Positions 39,643-48,480 of a stretch of 64,000 bases of DNA are shown here, one piece after another; positions within the stretch are counted from its first letter, which is position 1, and each line of letters begins with the position of its first letter. The DNA comes from Candidatus Roizmanbacteria bacterium CG_4_9_14_0_2_um_filter_38_17. Its GTDB lineage: Bacteria > Patescibacteriota > Microgenomatia > GCA-00278855. A program made the translations under genes and the position numbers. The notes beneath the pieces were generated by a model. The model ran no database searches and had not been told where the DNA came from. It saw nothing but the letters and a program-made list of their open reading frames with translations. Location of the stretch: NCBI GenBank assembly GCA_002788855.1, contig PFSB01000006.1, forward strand, positions 99,292 to 163,291. The letters run 5' to 3'.

Positions 39643-40920
39643 ATGGCTTTAGTTACAAAGCTTCGTGGTCTGATTCCAAATAATTTAGTTAATACTTTTT
39701 GGCATTATCCTATTGCTTTGTTTGCGGCTTTGAGATATGGGTTTCCAGCTAAAAAACTTACTTTAATTGGGGTAACAGGTACAGATGGAAAGACTACTAC
39801 AACTTACATTATTAACCATTTGTTAAAAAAAGCTGGATATAAAACAGCTATGATCACGTCTGTATTGGCGGAGATAGCTGGCAAAACTAGTAATACAGGT
39901 TTTCATGTTACCAGTCCCCATCCTTGGCAAGTGCAGAAATATTTAGCTGAAGCAGTTAAATCTGGGGTAACTCATGCGATTCTAGAAGTTACTTCCCACG
40001 CATTGGATCAACACAGATTTGCCGGTTGTAGTTTTAGGTATGGAATTGTAACGAATATTAAACCTGACCACCTGGACTATCATAAAACTTATGATAACTA
40101 CTTTCATTCAAAGTCTAAGCTACTCTTAGGAGCTCAAAAAGCAGTTCTTAACAAAGACGATCAAAGCTTTAACAGGCTAAATACACTCTTAACAGGAAAA
40201 GATATTGTTACGTATAGCATTAAGGAGCAAGCAGACTTTACAGGTAAAAAAATAATACAAACAAGTATACCTGTCACTCTACCAGGAGATTACAATCTAT
40301 CCAATATTCTGGCCGCCACAGCCGTTGTAAATAATATTGGCCTCTCTATTGATGAAGTTAGTAAATATTTACCATCTTTTAAAGCAGTACCAGGCAGATT
40401 TAATGAAGTAGATATTAAAAAAGACTTTCGGGTAGTAATAGATTTTGCCCATACGCCCTATGGTTTACAGGCTTTACTTACTGCGCTGCGGAATCAAACT
40501 CAGGCAAGAATTATAGCTGTATTTGGTTGTGCGGCAGAACGTGGAGCAGATAGGCGAGAGATGGGCAGGGTAGGTGGTAAGTTGGCAGATATAACAATTA
40601 TTACAGCCGAGGATCCTCGTTTTGAAGGCGTGGAAAAGATAAGCGCTGTGATTGCAGGTTGGGCAGATAAAGCTGGAGCAGAAGAATTAAGCAGCAAACA
40701 GTTAGGAGATAGTAGCAAAAAAGATAAGCATGTATATACTAAAATAGCAGATCGGCAAGGGGCAATAAATGCTGCAATAGACATTGCAAAGCCTGGAGAT
40801 ATTATTGTTTTATGTGGAAAAGGACACGAGCAAAGTATGAATTTTAGAGGAGTTGAATATCCTTGGGATGAAAATAAGGCTGTTCAAAAAGCCCTAACTA
40901 AAAGATATGGATCTAAGTAA
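39643..40920 (+). CDS. murE: UDP-MurNAc-tripeptide synthetase MurE
   Basis: GVTGTDGKTTT, LEVTSH, DHLDYH, DFAHTP, EDPR, GKGHE. Confidence 0.92.
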   Translation: MALVTKLRGLIPNNLVNTFWHYPIALFAALRYGFPAKKLTLIGVTGTDGKTTTTYIINHLLKKAGYKTAMITSVLAEIAGKTSNTGFHVTSPHPWQVQKYLAEAVKSGVTHAILEVTSHALDQHRFAGCSFRYGIVTNIKPDHLDYHKTYDNYFHSKSKLLLGAQKAVLNKDDQSFNRLNTLLTGKDIVTYSIKEQADFTGKKIIQTSIPVTLPGDYNLSNILAATAVVNNIGLSIDEVSKYLPSFKAVPGRFNEVDIKKDFRVVIDFAHTPYGLQALLTALRNQTQARIIAVFGCAAERGADRREMGRVGGKLADITIITAEDPRFEGVEKISAVIAGWADKAGAEELSSKQLGDSSKKDKHVYTKIADRQGAINAAIDIAKPGDIIVLCGKGHEQSMNFRGVEYPWDENKAVQKALTKRYGSK

Positions 40921-42343
40921 AATTAAGCATATACATTTTGTTGGTATAAAAGGTGTAGGGATGACATCTCTAGCTGTATTAGCCCATGAGATGAAAAAAA
41001 AGGTGACTGGTTCTGATGTTTTGGAAGAATTTGTGACAGACAAAGTGCTTAAAGATCTGAAGATTGAAGTATTTGGGGAATTTAATGGAGAGAATTTTAA
41101 GAAGTTACTAACAAGATACAGCCCCCCAGAATTATTAGTAGTTACAACGGGTGCACACCAAGGATTTAATAATCTAGAGGTACAACATGCTAAAGAGCTA
41201 GGCTTTAAAGTAGTCTCCCACGCTCAAGCTTTGGGTATATTATCCATGCATAAGAATGTGATTGCTGTTGCTGGAACGCATGGTAAGTCAACAACAACTG
41301 CAATGATAGCGCATGTTTTAACTGAAGCTGGGACAGATCCATCATACTTAGTGGGAGTTGGAAGCATACCTTCATTACCAAATCCAGGTCATCACGGCAA
41401 GGGTAATTTGTTTGTAGTTGAAGCTGACGAATATGTAACTGATCCTCAAACAGATCCTACCCCACGGTTTCTGTGGCTTAAGCCTAAGATATTAGTAATA
41501 ACATCCGTCGAATATGATCACCCAGATGTTTATTCAGATGTTTACAAACTAGTTCAAGCATTTAGAGAGCTAGCGGAAAAAGTACCCATAGATGGTACCA
41601 TCATTGCCTGTATAGATAACCTAGGTGTGGAGAAAGCTCTAGAGGGCTCTAAGGCTAAGATTATTTGGTATGGATTCTCTCCTCGTGCAGATTATAGAAT
41701 CAAAAGTTATTATCCAACCTTATTATCTGGCGGGCAAGTGGTTTTAGAGTTTTGTGTTGAACACCAAAAACGTGAGTTATTTTGCACACAGCTGGCGGTA
41801 TCTGGTAGACATAATAGCTTAAATGCATTGGCATGCATTATTGCTTGTGTTGAGGTAGGAGTATCGTGGACTAAAGCACCCGAATACCTGAGAAGTTTTA
41901 CGGGTACGGGGCGCAGATTTGAGTTAAAAGGCCAACAAGGAGAGACCGTACTATACGATGATTACGCACATCATCCAACTGAGATTAAGGCTGTGCTGGC
42001 TATGGCTAAGGAGCTCTACGTGGGTTATCATATTATAGCTATATTTCAGCCCCATACATATTCACGCACTAAAGCTCTGTTTAAGGACTTTGCAAAATCT
42101 TTTACAGATGCGAATGAAACTTATTTATTAGATATTTTTTCCTCGGCCCGAGAAAAGAAAGATCCATCTATTTCATCACAAGAATTAGCCAAGGAAGCTA
42201 GTAAGCATGGGGCGCAGGTTAAATATGTACGAAGTGTTCTGGAGATGGTTAACAGGATAAAGTCGAAATTAGGGAGTAAACAGGTTATAATTACGATGGG
42301 AGCTGGAGATGTATACAAGATACACGATAAGCTAAAAGTCTAA
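40907..42343 (+). CDS. murC: UDP-MurNAc-L-alanine ligase
   Basis: HFVGIKGVGM, GTHGKSTTT, EADEY, DDYAHHPTE, FQPHTYSRT, MGAGD. Confidence 0.96.
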   Translation: MDLSKIKHIHFVGIKGVGMTSLAVLAHEMKKKVTGSDVLEEFVTDKVLKDLKIEVFGEFNGENFKKLLTRYSPPELLVVTTGAHQGFNNLEVQHAKELGFKVVSHAQALGILSMHKNVIAVAGTHGKSTTTAMIAHVLTEAGTDPSYLVGVGSIPSLPNPGHHGKGNLFVVEADEYVTDPQTDPTPRFLWLKPKILVITSVEYDHPDVYSDVYKLVQAFRELAEKVPIDGTIIACIDNLGVEKALEGSKAKIIWYGFSPRADYRIKSYYPTLLSGGQVVLEFCVEHQKRELFCTQLAVSGRHNSLNALACIIACVEVGVSWTKAPEYLRSFTGTGRRFELKGQQGETVLYDDYAHHPTEIKAVLAMAKELYVGYHIIAIFQPHTYSRTKALFKDFAKSFTDANETYLLDIFSSAREKKDPSISSQELAKEASKHGAQVKYVRSVLEMVNRIKSKLGSKQVIITMGAGDVYKIHDKLKV

Positions 42344-42344
42344 T

Positions 42345-43604
42345 ATGGCAAAATTTATAATAAATGGCAGAAATAGACTAGAAGGAAAAATTAAGGTTGC
42401 GGCTAATAAGAATGCGGTTTTGCCAGTAATGGCGGCAACGCTTCTTTGTGAAGGAACAAGCATTATTCATAACGTACCTGAAATAAAAGATGTTGAGGTA
42501 ATGGTGAATATTTTACGCAAGCTGGGAGCAAAAGTAACCTTAAGCGAGAGAACATTAACAGTAGACAGCTCAAATATAACCAATCTAGAAATACCACGTG
42601 ATCTAGCTCAACGCCTGAGAGCATCAGTATTATTGTTGGGACCATTACTTGCAAGAGCTGGAGAAGTTAAGCTTCCTCATCCTGGTGGTGATGTAATAGG
42701 TAGGCGTGGTATTTTCACACATATTTCTGCATTGACGAAGCTAGGGGTTCAAATTACTCAAGATGACCTCATGTACTATGGCAAGGTTATTCAGAAAAAT
42801 GCAGTGAAAGTATTTTTAGATGAACCCTCAGTGACAGGCACAGAAAATGTCATGATGTACGCGGCTTTAACAGATGGTGAAACAGTGATAGAGAATGCTG
42901 CAGCTGAACCTCATATTGTTGATCTATCTAGATTTTTAGCATCAGCTGGTGTAACTATCGAGGGAGCAGGAACTAGTAGAATTAGAATAATAGGAAAAAA
43001 GAGCTTAAAGGGCGGAGAGTATACAATTTCTCCTGACCCGATTGAAGCGGGCACATTTGCAATTGCTTCTGCAGTAACCAAAGGAGACCTGGAGATTGGA
43101 CCAATTGTACAAGATGACATGCAGATGATAAAGATAGTGCTGGAGAGATTTGGCGTTAATCTAAAGTTTGATAAAGATAAACTTCGTGTAAATTCCAAAG
43201 AAATAACAGCACCTCTTAGACCTGTGCAAGCAATGGTTTGGCCTGGCTTTCCAACTGACCTTATGAGTCCTTTAATCGTGCTTGCCACACAGGCAGAAAG
43301 GCAGACCCTGTGTCATGATCCTCTTTATGAGTCACGCATGTTCTTTGTTGATAAGCTAATTAGAATGGGGGCTCACATTACAATCTGTGATCCGCATCGT
43401 GTCATTGTGTATGGCAAGTCAAACTTGTATGGAAGAGAGCTGGCAAGTCCAGATATACGAGCAGGAATGGCCTTAGTTTTGGCGGCTTTAATAGCGGAGG
43501 GTAAGAGTGTTATTGATCAAGCAGAGATTGTTGAAAGGGGATACGAGAATATTGACAAAAGATTGCGTATAATAGGAGCAGATATTAAAAGATCTAATGA
43601 TTAA
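42345..43604 (+). CDS. murA: UDP-GlcNAc enolpyruvyl transferase
   Basis: KNAVLP, RAS, PGGDVIGRR, PGFPTDL, DIRAG, RGYE. Confidence 0.96.
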   Translation: MAKFIINGRNRLEGKIKVAANKNAVLPVMAATLLCEGTSIIHNVPEIKDVEVMVNILRKLGAKVTLSERTLTVDSSNITNLEIPRDLAQRLRASVLLLGPLLARAGEVKLPHPGGDVIGRRGIFTHISALTKLGVQITQDDLMYYGKVIQKNAVKVFLDEPSVTGTENVMMYAALTDGETVIENAAAEPHIVDLSRFLASAGVTIEGAGTSRIRIIGKKSLKGGEYTISPDPIEAGTFAIASAVTKGDLEIGPIVQDDMQMIKIVLERFGVNLKFDKDKLRVNSKEITAPLRPVQAMVWPGFPTDLMSPLIVLATQAERQTLCHDPLYESRMFFVDKLIRMGAHITICDPHRVIVYGKSNLYGRELASPDIRAGMALVLAALIAEGKSVIDQAEIVERGYENIDKRLRIIGADIKRSND

Positions 43605-44841
43605 ACAAGCAGTTATATTGGCAGCAGGCGAGTCATCAAGGTTTCAGCCGTTGTCTGCATATAGGCATAAAGCAGAAATCCCATTGCTTGGTAAAAGTTT
43701 GCTCCAGCGCACGGTAGATAACTTACAGAGCATTGGTGTAGAAGAGGTTATTATAGTTCATTCGCCAGATCGAAGACCTCAGTTATTTGCTCATGAGTGT
43801 GAACTAAGATTTGTAGTTCTAGATAAACCTACAGGAATGGGAGATGCCCTGCTGGCAGCTTTAGATTTTTTGGATGATAAATATTTTGTGCTTCATCCCT
43901 ACCACTTTGCGGGAGTTAATTACATGAAAAAGATGGTTAAGGTTACAGCTGAAAATAATGGCTGTTTATTAGTAACTGATCCCGTAATAGGAAAAAGCGG
44001 TGGACTTGCCACGGTTGAAAAGGATGACATTGTCCAGGTTGAGGAGATGGAGTATAAGGGGGGAGATAATAAGAAATATGTTCTTGGAATATATTTACTA
44101 ACCAAAACATACACAGATATTTTGCAACAGACTAAAAAAGATCACTATAGTTTTGAACTTGCCCTTGATCAATATGCAAGAGCTAACAAATTATCCTGGT
44201 TTCAGGTTAGAGACTACTCAGTATCGCTAAAATACCCCTGGGACTTATTCAAGATCAAGGATACGCTTCTTCGCTCTAGTAAAGCAAGTATAGCGAAAAC
44301 AGCGAAAATTGACCCAACAGCCGTGATAGATGGGGTAGTTATTATCGATGAAAATGCGAAAATAGGAGCATATGCCGTTATTAGAGGTCCCGCATATATT
44401 GGTAGAAATGTACGAGTAGGAGATCATGCTTTGGTTCGTGATTTGACTACATTGGAAGAGGGCTCGATGGTGGGTGGTTCAGCAGAAGTAAAAAATAGTA
44501 TTGTTTTGGAAGAGTCTCATGTGCAGGGATATCTTGCAGACTCTATAGTGGGGCAAGAGGTGAGAATAGCTCATGGATTTGTTTCAGCTAATCGCCGCAT
44601 TGATAGGGAAACCATCTCTGTAGAGGTTAAAGGTAAAAAAATAGATACAAGGTTTTTTGCCCTGGGTTGTATAGTAGGTGATAATGTTTATACGGGTATA
44701 AATGTGGCAACTATGCCAGGGGTTAAAGTTGGTGAGAATTCAATAGTTGGCCCTCGTACCACTGTGTTTGCGAATGTCCCTCCAAATGTTCGGTATTATC
44801 AAAAAGCCGAATCCCACACAGAAAAGATTATAAAGAAGTAA
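43597..44841 (+). CDS. Bifunctional sugar-1-phosphate nucleotidyltransferase/acetyltransferase (GlmU-like)
   Basis: ILAAGESSRF, KYPWDL, C-terminal hexapeptide repeats. Confidence 0.85.
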   Translation: MIKQAVILAAGESSRFQPLSAYRHKAEIPLLGKSLLQRTVDNLQSIGVEEVIIVHSPDRRPQLFAHECELRFVVLDKPTGMGDALLAALDFLDDKYFVLHPYHFAGVNYMKKMVKVTAENNGCLLVTDPVIGKSGGLATVEKDDIVQVEEMEYKGGDNKKYVLGIYLLTKTYTDILQQTKKDHYSFELALDQYARANKLSWFQVRDYSVSLKYPWDLFKIKDTLLRSSKASIAKTAKIDPTAVIDGVVIIDENAKIGAYAVIRGPAYIGRNVRVGDHALVRDLTTLEEGSMVGGSAEVKNSIVLEESHVQGYLADSIVGQEVRIAHGFVSANRRIDRETISVEVKGKKIDTRFFALGCIVGDNVYTGINVATMPGVKVGENSIVGPRTTVFANVPPNVRYYQKAESHTEKIIKK

Positions 44842-44847
44842 TCTGCT

Positions 44848-45555
44848 ATGAATAGTTATCATAGGCAACTATTGGTTAATATCCAGAAGAATTCAAGAAG
44901 AGAAGATTTGTCATTACACAATAGCCAGAAGTACTGTGGGACAAGTGACAAATTCTACAATCTTAAAACAGAAATCAAGCGTCAGGCTGCAAAAGAATTT
45001 TTTAGAAAGTATCTTGATTTATCTTTCGATGAGTATATTGAGCTTTTGGATTCTTTGAACACTGGAAAATCCTATGAAGAAAAAACTATTGCCTCAATGA
45101 TTTTATGTTTGTATAAAAACAACAAAGAACACATAGGTCCAGAACATTTAGATAAGTGGCTTGAAAATCTTGAAGGTTGGGCAGAAATTGATTCATTATG
45201 CCAGTCTTCTTTTGGTGCTGATGAAATATTACTAAAATGGAACAGTTGGGAAAAAGCCTTAATTACTTTCTCCAGATCAGATTTTATTAGCAAAAGAAGA
45301 GCGAGTCTTGTTTTGCTTGTAAAACCTGTAAGAGACGCTAAGAATGATAAGTTGTTTAGTCTTGCGCTGGAAAATATAGATAAATTAAAGAAAGAGAAAG
45401 ATATATTAATTACAAAAGCAATTTCGTGGTTGTTACGGGATATGATAAAAAACTATAGAAATGAAGTAAGGCATTACTTGAAGGAAAATAGAGAAACTCT
45501 CCCAAAAATTGCTATAAGGGAAGTAACAAGGAAACTAGAAACAGGAAAGAAGTAA
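44848..45555 (+). CDS. DNA alkylation repair protein (AlkD-like HEAT repeat)
   Basis: WAEIDSLC, KRRASLV, KAISWLLR, AIREV. Confidence 0.85.
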   Translation: MNSYHRQLLVNIQKNSRREDLSLHNSQKYCGTSDKFYNLKTEIKRQAAKEFFRKYLDLSFDEYIELLDSLNTGKSYEEKTIASMILCLYKNNKEHIGPEHLDKWLENLEGWAEIDSLCQSSFGADEILLKWNSWEKALITFSRSDFISKRRASLVLLVKPVRDAKNDKLFSLALENIDKLKKEKDILITKAISWLLRDMIKNYRNEVRHYLKENRETLPKIAIREVTRKLETGKK

Positions 45556-45572
45556 GCAGTTAGATTATAAAT

Positions 45573-45797
45573 ATGGAAGCTAGAGAAGCAAGTATTATAA
45601 CAGGTGTAATTGCAGAGAAATATGGTCTGGATAACATAGAAGTGAGTGGTTGGCTACATAATGCATTAGATCCTGGACTAGGTCCAGAAAGCAATCAAAA
45701 AGCGAGAGGATCGCTAAATCATGCTCTTGACGAATCGGATGTAACCTATTTACTTGGTATTTGGGCTGATTGTATAGCCGACTCCAACTCTGCTTAA
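45573..45797 (+). CDS. Small hypothetical protein
   Basis: 74-aa ORF with TAGATT -10-like element 6 nt before ATG. Confidence 0.55.
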   Translation: MEAREASIITGVIAEKYGLDNIEVSGWLHNALDPGLGPESNQKARGSLNHALDESDVTYLLGIWADCIADSNSA

Positions 45798-45824
45798 ATA
45801 TCTGGATTGGATCTAGTTCTGGCT

Positions 45825-45894
45825 CTATTAAAAACTGGGTTTTTAATAGGTTGTTAAATCAAGCTATTAAGGGGGTCAACTATTTAAATTACAG
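45825..45894 (+). repeat. 70-bp direct repeat copy 1, starting with REP-B (45825-45849)
   Basis: 62/70 identical, ungapped, to 47378-47447. Confidence 0.92.
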
Positions 45895-46028
45895 GAAGTG
45901 ATTTCCATTATTGGGACACAGAGCTCGTAATACTTTTTAAACTTCAAAAAAAGTTCCAAAATTTTTGTCATTCAAAAGTTAACCTCATTTTAAGTTCGAA
46001 TCCCACTCGGCCGTGGTATAATAATTGT

Positions 46029-46469
46029 ATGGAAACCTTTCTTAATTTTCTAACAGTATTCGGGCTTGGAAGCGTTATAACTGTATTTATCACACACAAA
46101 CTAAAACAATCCTCAGAATCAAAAATAAAAATGAGAGAATTAAAAGAAAATCAATATAAAAGTCTTCTTAATAATTTAATGGGTTTTTTTGAGGGATGGG
46201 AAGACTATGCAGTTGCAGATAAAAAAGCTCGCAAGAAACAATTCTTGTGGGAAGTTTATACAAGCGTTCCTGTATATGCATCAGATGTGGTTATAAGGCT
46301 TTGCTATGAGTTTATAGAAAGCCATAACAAAGAAGGGAAATTGAAAGGAGAGAGCAATAAAATTTATTCAAAAATCGTAATTGCTATGAGAATGGAATTA
46401 AATAAAATTTATGGTCAGCCAGATACTACACTTTCAGAGAAAGACATTAAAGTTCTTAAAGTTGATTAA
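46029..46469 (+). CDS. Hypothetical protein with N-terminal TM
   Basis: 146-aa ORF; TGGTATAAT 6 nt before ATG. Confidence 0.8.
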   Translation: METFLNFLTVFGLGSVITVFITHKLKQSSESKIKMRELKENQYKSLLNNLMGFFEGWEDYAVADKKARKKQFLWEVYTSVPVYASDVVIRLCYEFIESHNKEGKLKGESNKIYSKIVIAMRMELNKIYGQPDTTLSEKDIKVLKVD

Positions 46470-46508
46470 TGATTCAAAGCAGAGCAGACAAAATTACAAA
46501 AACTGACA

Positions 46509-47330
46509 ATGAATATTTTTCAGAGTAAGTACTTCAACGTTGTTCTTCCAGTTTTATTTGTTTTGTTTCTTTTGCTGCTACTTGTCTATGGTTGTTTAAT
46601 TGGCATATATGATGTTATAACTTTAGCTGTAAATGCCGTCCTTATGCTCCTTGCTACGCTAATTGCAATTTCACTACCTTTGTATGCAAGCGCGAAAAAT
46701 GAACAAAAACGCAGGGATAAGGAACATGAAATGATTTATGTATCTGTATCCCGATACGTTGGCGGTGAAATCTTGGATAATGTTATAGAGATTCAAGATA
46801 TTCTAAAAAATAATGAAAAATCTCTAGGCCAACTGGATAAACAAAATCTTTCTATGTCAGAAAGAGATAAAAAAATAGTTACCGCTTCTATATGGAAAAC
46901 GGCTTCAGAAATCCTTGTTGGTTCGCTTCAGGATAAACATCACAACAATATGGTTATGTCTGGTTTAGTAGCCAAAATTCCCGATGACGCTGTTGGCAAC
47001 GGAATTCGTGATACTTATCAAAAAATGGATAATCTAAAAAAGCGACTCAAAAGCATAACGATGTTTTTTGGAATGCTTATATCTCCCCAAGTTGGGGTTT
47101 CTAAAACATTCTTGGATTATCAGTTTAATACGAAACTGCAAGAAGGTATTACTGCTGTTGAATTGGATATAAAGATATTTAGCGATTCTGCAGAAAAAAC
47201 TAGAAAAGACATTAACAAGCTACTGAAACAATATGGGAAAGAGATTAAAATTATAGCTTATGAAAAAGTACATAACTCTGAAAAAGGATCTAGAAAAACT
47301 GAAAAATCTTCCATTTCTTCAAAAAAATGA
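46509..47330 (+). CDS. Hypothetical protein with two N-terminal TMs and helical domain
   Basis: 273-aa ORF, no recognised motif. Confidence 0.8.
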   Translation: MNIFQSKYFNVVLPVLFVLFLLLLLVYGCLIGIYDVITLAVNAVLMLLATLIAISLPLYASAKNEQKRRDKEHEMIYVSVSRYVGGEILDNVIEIQDILKNNEKSLGQLDKQNLSMSERDKKIVTASIWKTASEILVGSLQDKHHNNMVMSGLVAKIPDDAVGNGIRDTYQKMDNLKKRLKSITMFFGMLISPQVGVSKTFLDYQFNTKLQEGITAVELDIKIFSDSAEKTRKDINKLLKQYGKEIKIIAYEKVHNSEKGSRKTEKSSISSKK

Positions 47331-47377
47331 GCAAGAGATTGTTGATAAATAGCTATAGCTATGGTTGAAAGATGTTT

Positions 47378-47447
47378 CTATTAAAAACTGGGTTTTAAAT
47401 AGATTGTTAAATCAAGCTTTTAAGGAGGTCTACCCTTTAAATTTCAG
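47378..47447 (+). repeat. 70-bp direct repeat copy 2, starting with REP-B (one mismatch)
   Basis: CTATTAAAAACTGGGTTTTAAATAGATTGTTAAATCAAGC... Confidence 0.92.
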
Positions 47448-47579
47448 ACCCTTTAAATCCAGATAATGGGGTCAGCCACCTATTTAGAAAAAATACAAGG
47501 ACAAATCTTGTAGAAAATATATATGCAAATTTTCTACTCAATTGGGAAACGGCACCTTTTTTCATTTAACGCTCAACTT

Positions 47580-47616
47580 AAGGCAAGGTCTTCCATTTCA
47601 TGTAAGGCCTTGCCTT
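47580..47616. repeat. Inverted palindrome doublet AAGGCAAGGTCTT-N11-AAGGCCTTGCCTT
   Basis: Units are 12/13 reverse complements; just downstream of the TrmB stop. Confidence 0.75.
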
Positions 47617-47624
47617 GTTTCGCG

Positions 47625-48365
47625 TTAGGGGAGGAGGGACCAGAGGGATTGGAAGATTATTTTCTGGGTTTGGACTAGTCCGGGTTCTTCAATGATAACT
47701 GCATATGGTAGTTCATCTTCGGTGATAGAGATGATGGCATATTTATCTGTATAGATGATGATATAGCTTGAGGAGTTGGAGCTGGAGTTTTGTATCCATT
47801 TTCGCTGTGCTAACTGCACTTCTTCTCCACCTTTTCCTAAGGCAATTACATTTACCTGGATACCTTTGGTAATTCTTTGTTTAGTAAAATTAGGAAATTG
47901 TTGATAGAGGTATTTTCTGATTGGCAAAGCTGAGTAAGCATAATATGTTTTATCTTTAGTATTCTCAACAGAGTGGAGAATATCTAGGAGTACTTTTTCG
48001 ATACCTTCTTCTCCCTCATAATATTTAACCGTGGGACTTGATCCAGTAATTTTAGATGCCTCAAGTTCTGGTATGACTTTTGTACTAAGGGATGAAATTA
48101 GCTGTTTAATCCTGGTTTCTTTTTCTTTAGCAAGATTTGTTAGTTTTTTAGGAGATTCAGCTAGATAACGTTTTCGCTGTCCACTCATCTGAAAGCATAC
48201 GAGGCCTTTTTTTACGAGTTCTCTTAGTATTTCGTGAGTAGTTCCCCTATTGATTTTAGTATCTGCAGCTAGCTCCCGGATGGAGACAGGGCCAAGCTTT
48301 AGGAGTGATTTGTAAACAATATATTCCTTACTAGATATACCCAGCAGACTAAATTGTGAATCCAT
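47625..48365 (-). CDS. TrmB-family HTH transcriptional regulator
   Basis: LGISSKEYIVYKSLL...INRGTTHEIL..L..KGLV...AESP, YYEGEEGI; ATG 48365 preferred. Confidence 0.9.
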   Translation of the reverse strand: MDSQFSLLGISSKEYIVYKSLLKLGPVSIRELAADTKINRGTTHEILRELVKKGLVCFQMSGQRKRYLAESPKKLTNLAKEKETRIKQLISSLSTKVIPELEASKITGSSPTVKYYEGEEGIEKVLLDILHSVENTKDKTYYAYSALPIRKYLYQQFPNFTKQRITKGIQVNVIALGKGGEEVQLAQRKWIQNSSSNSSSYIIIYTDKYAIISITEDELPYAVIIEEPGLVQTQKIIFQSLWSLLP

Positions 48366-48383
48366 TGGGTAATTATATAACAC

Positions 48384-48416
48384 TTGTCAATAAAATGTTG
48401 ACAAAAACTGTTGACA
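48384..48416. promoter_or_regulatory. Inverted repeat TTGTCAA-N7-TTGACAA in the divergent trmB/glmS promoter region
   Basis: Palindrome 48384-48404, second TTGACA at 48411, further TTGTCAA at 48456. Confidence 0.65.
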
Positions 48417-48480
48417 TTGCATATGTGCCGAACTATGCTTGGTCTTTGTTATTAATTGTCAATATATTAACTGACTGACT

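Noticed and set aside
41713-41740. PTLLSGGQV in MurC as a repeat-derived insertion
   Set aside because: GGCGGGCAAG resembles GGCGGACAAG at 10085 but no palindromic partner remains; not supportable.
45960-46015. Complete tRNA gene
   Set aside because: No D arm, anticodon arm or 5' acceptor strand; only a 3' fragment.
48366-48480. glmS ribozyme
   Set aside because: Only about 115 AT-rich bp filled with promoter elements; no recognisable ribozyme core.
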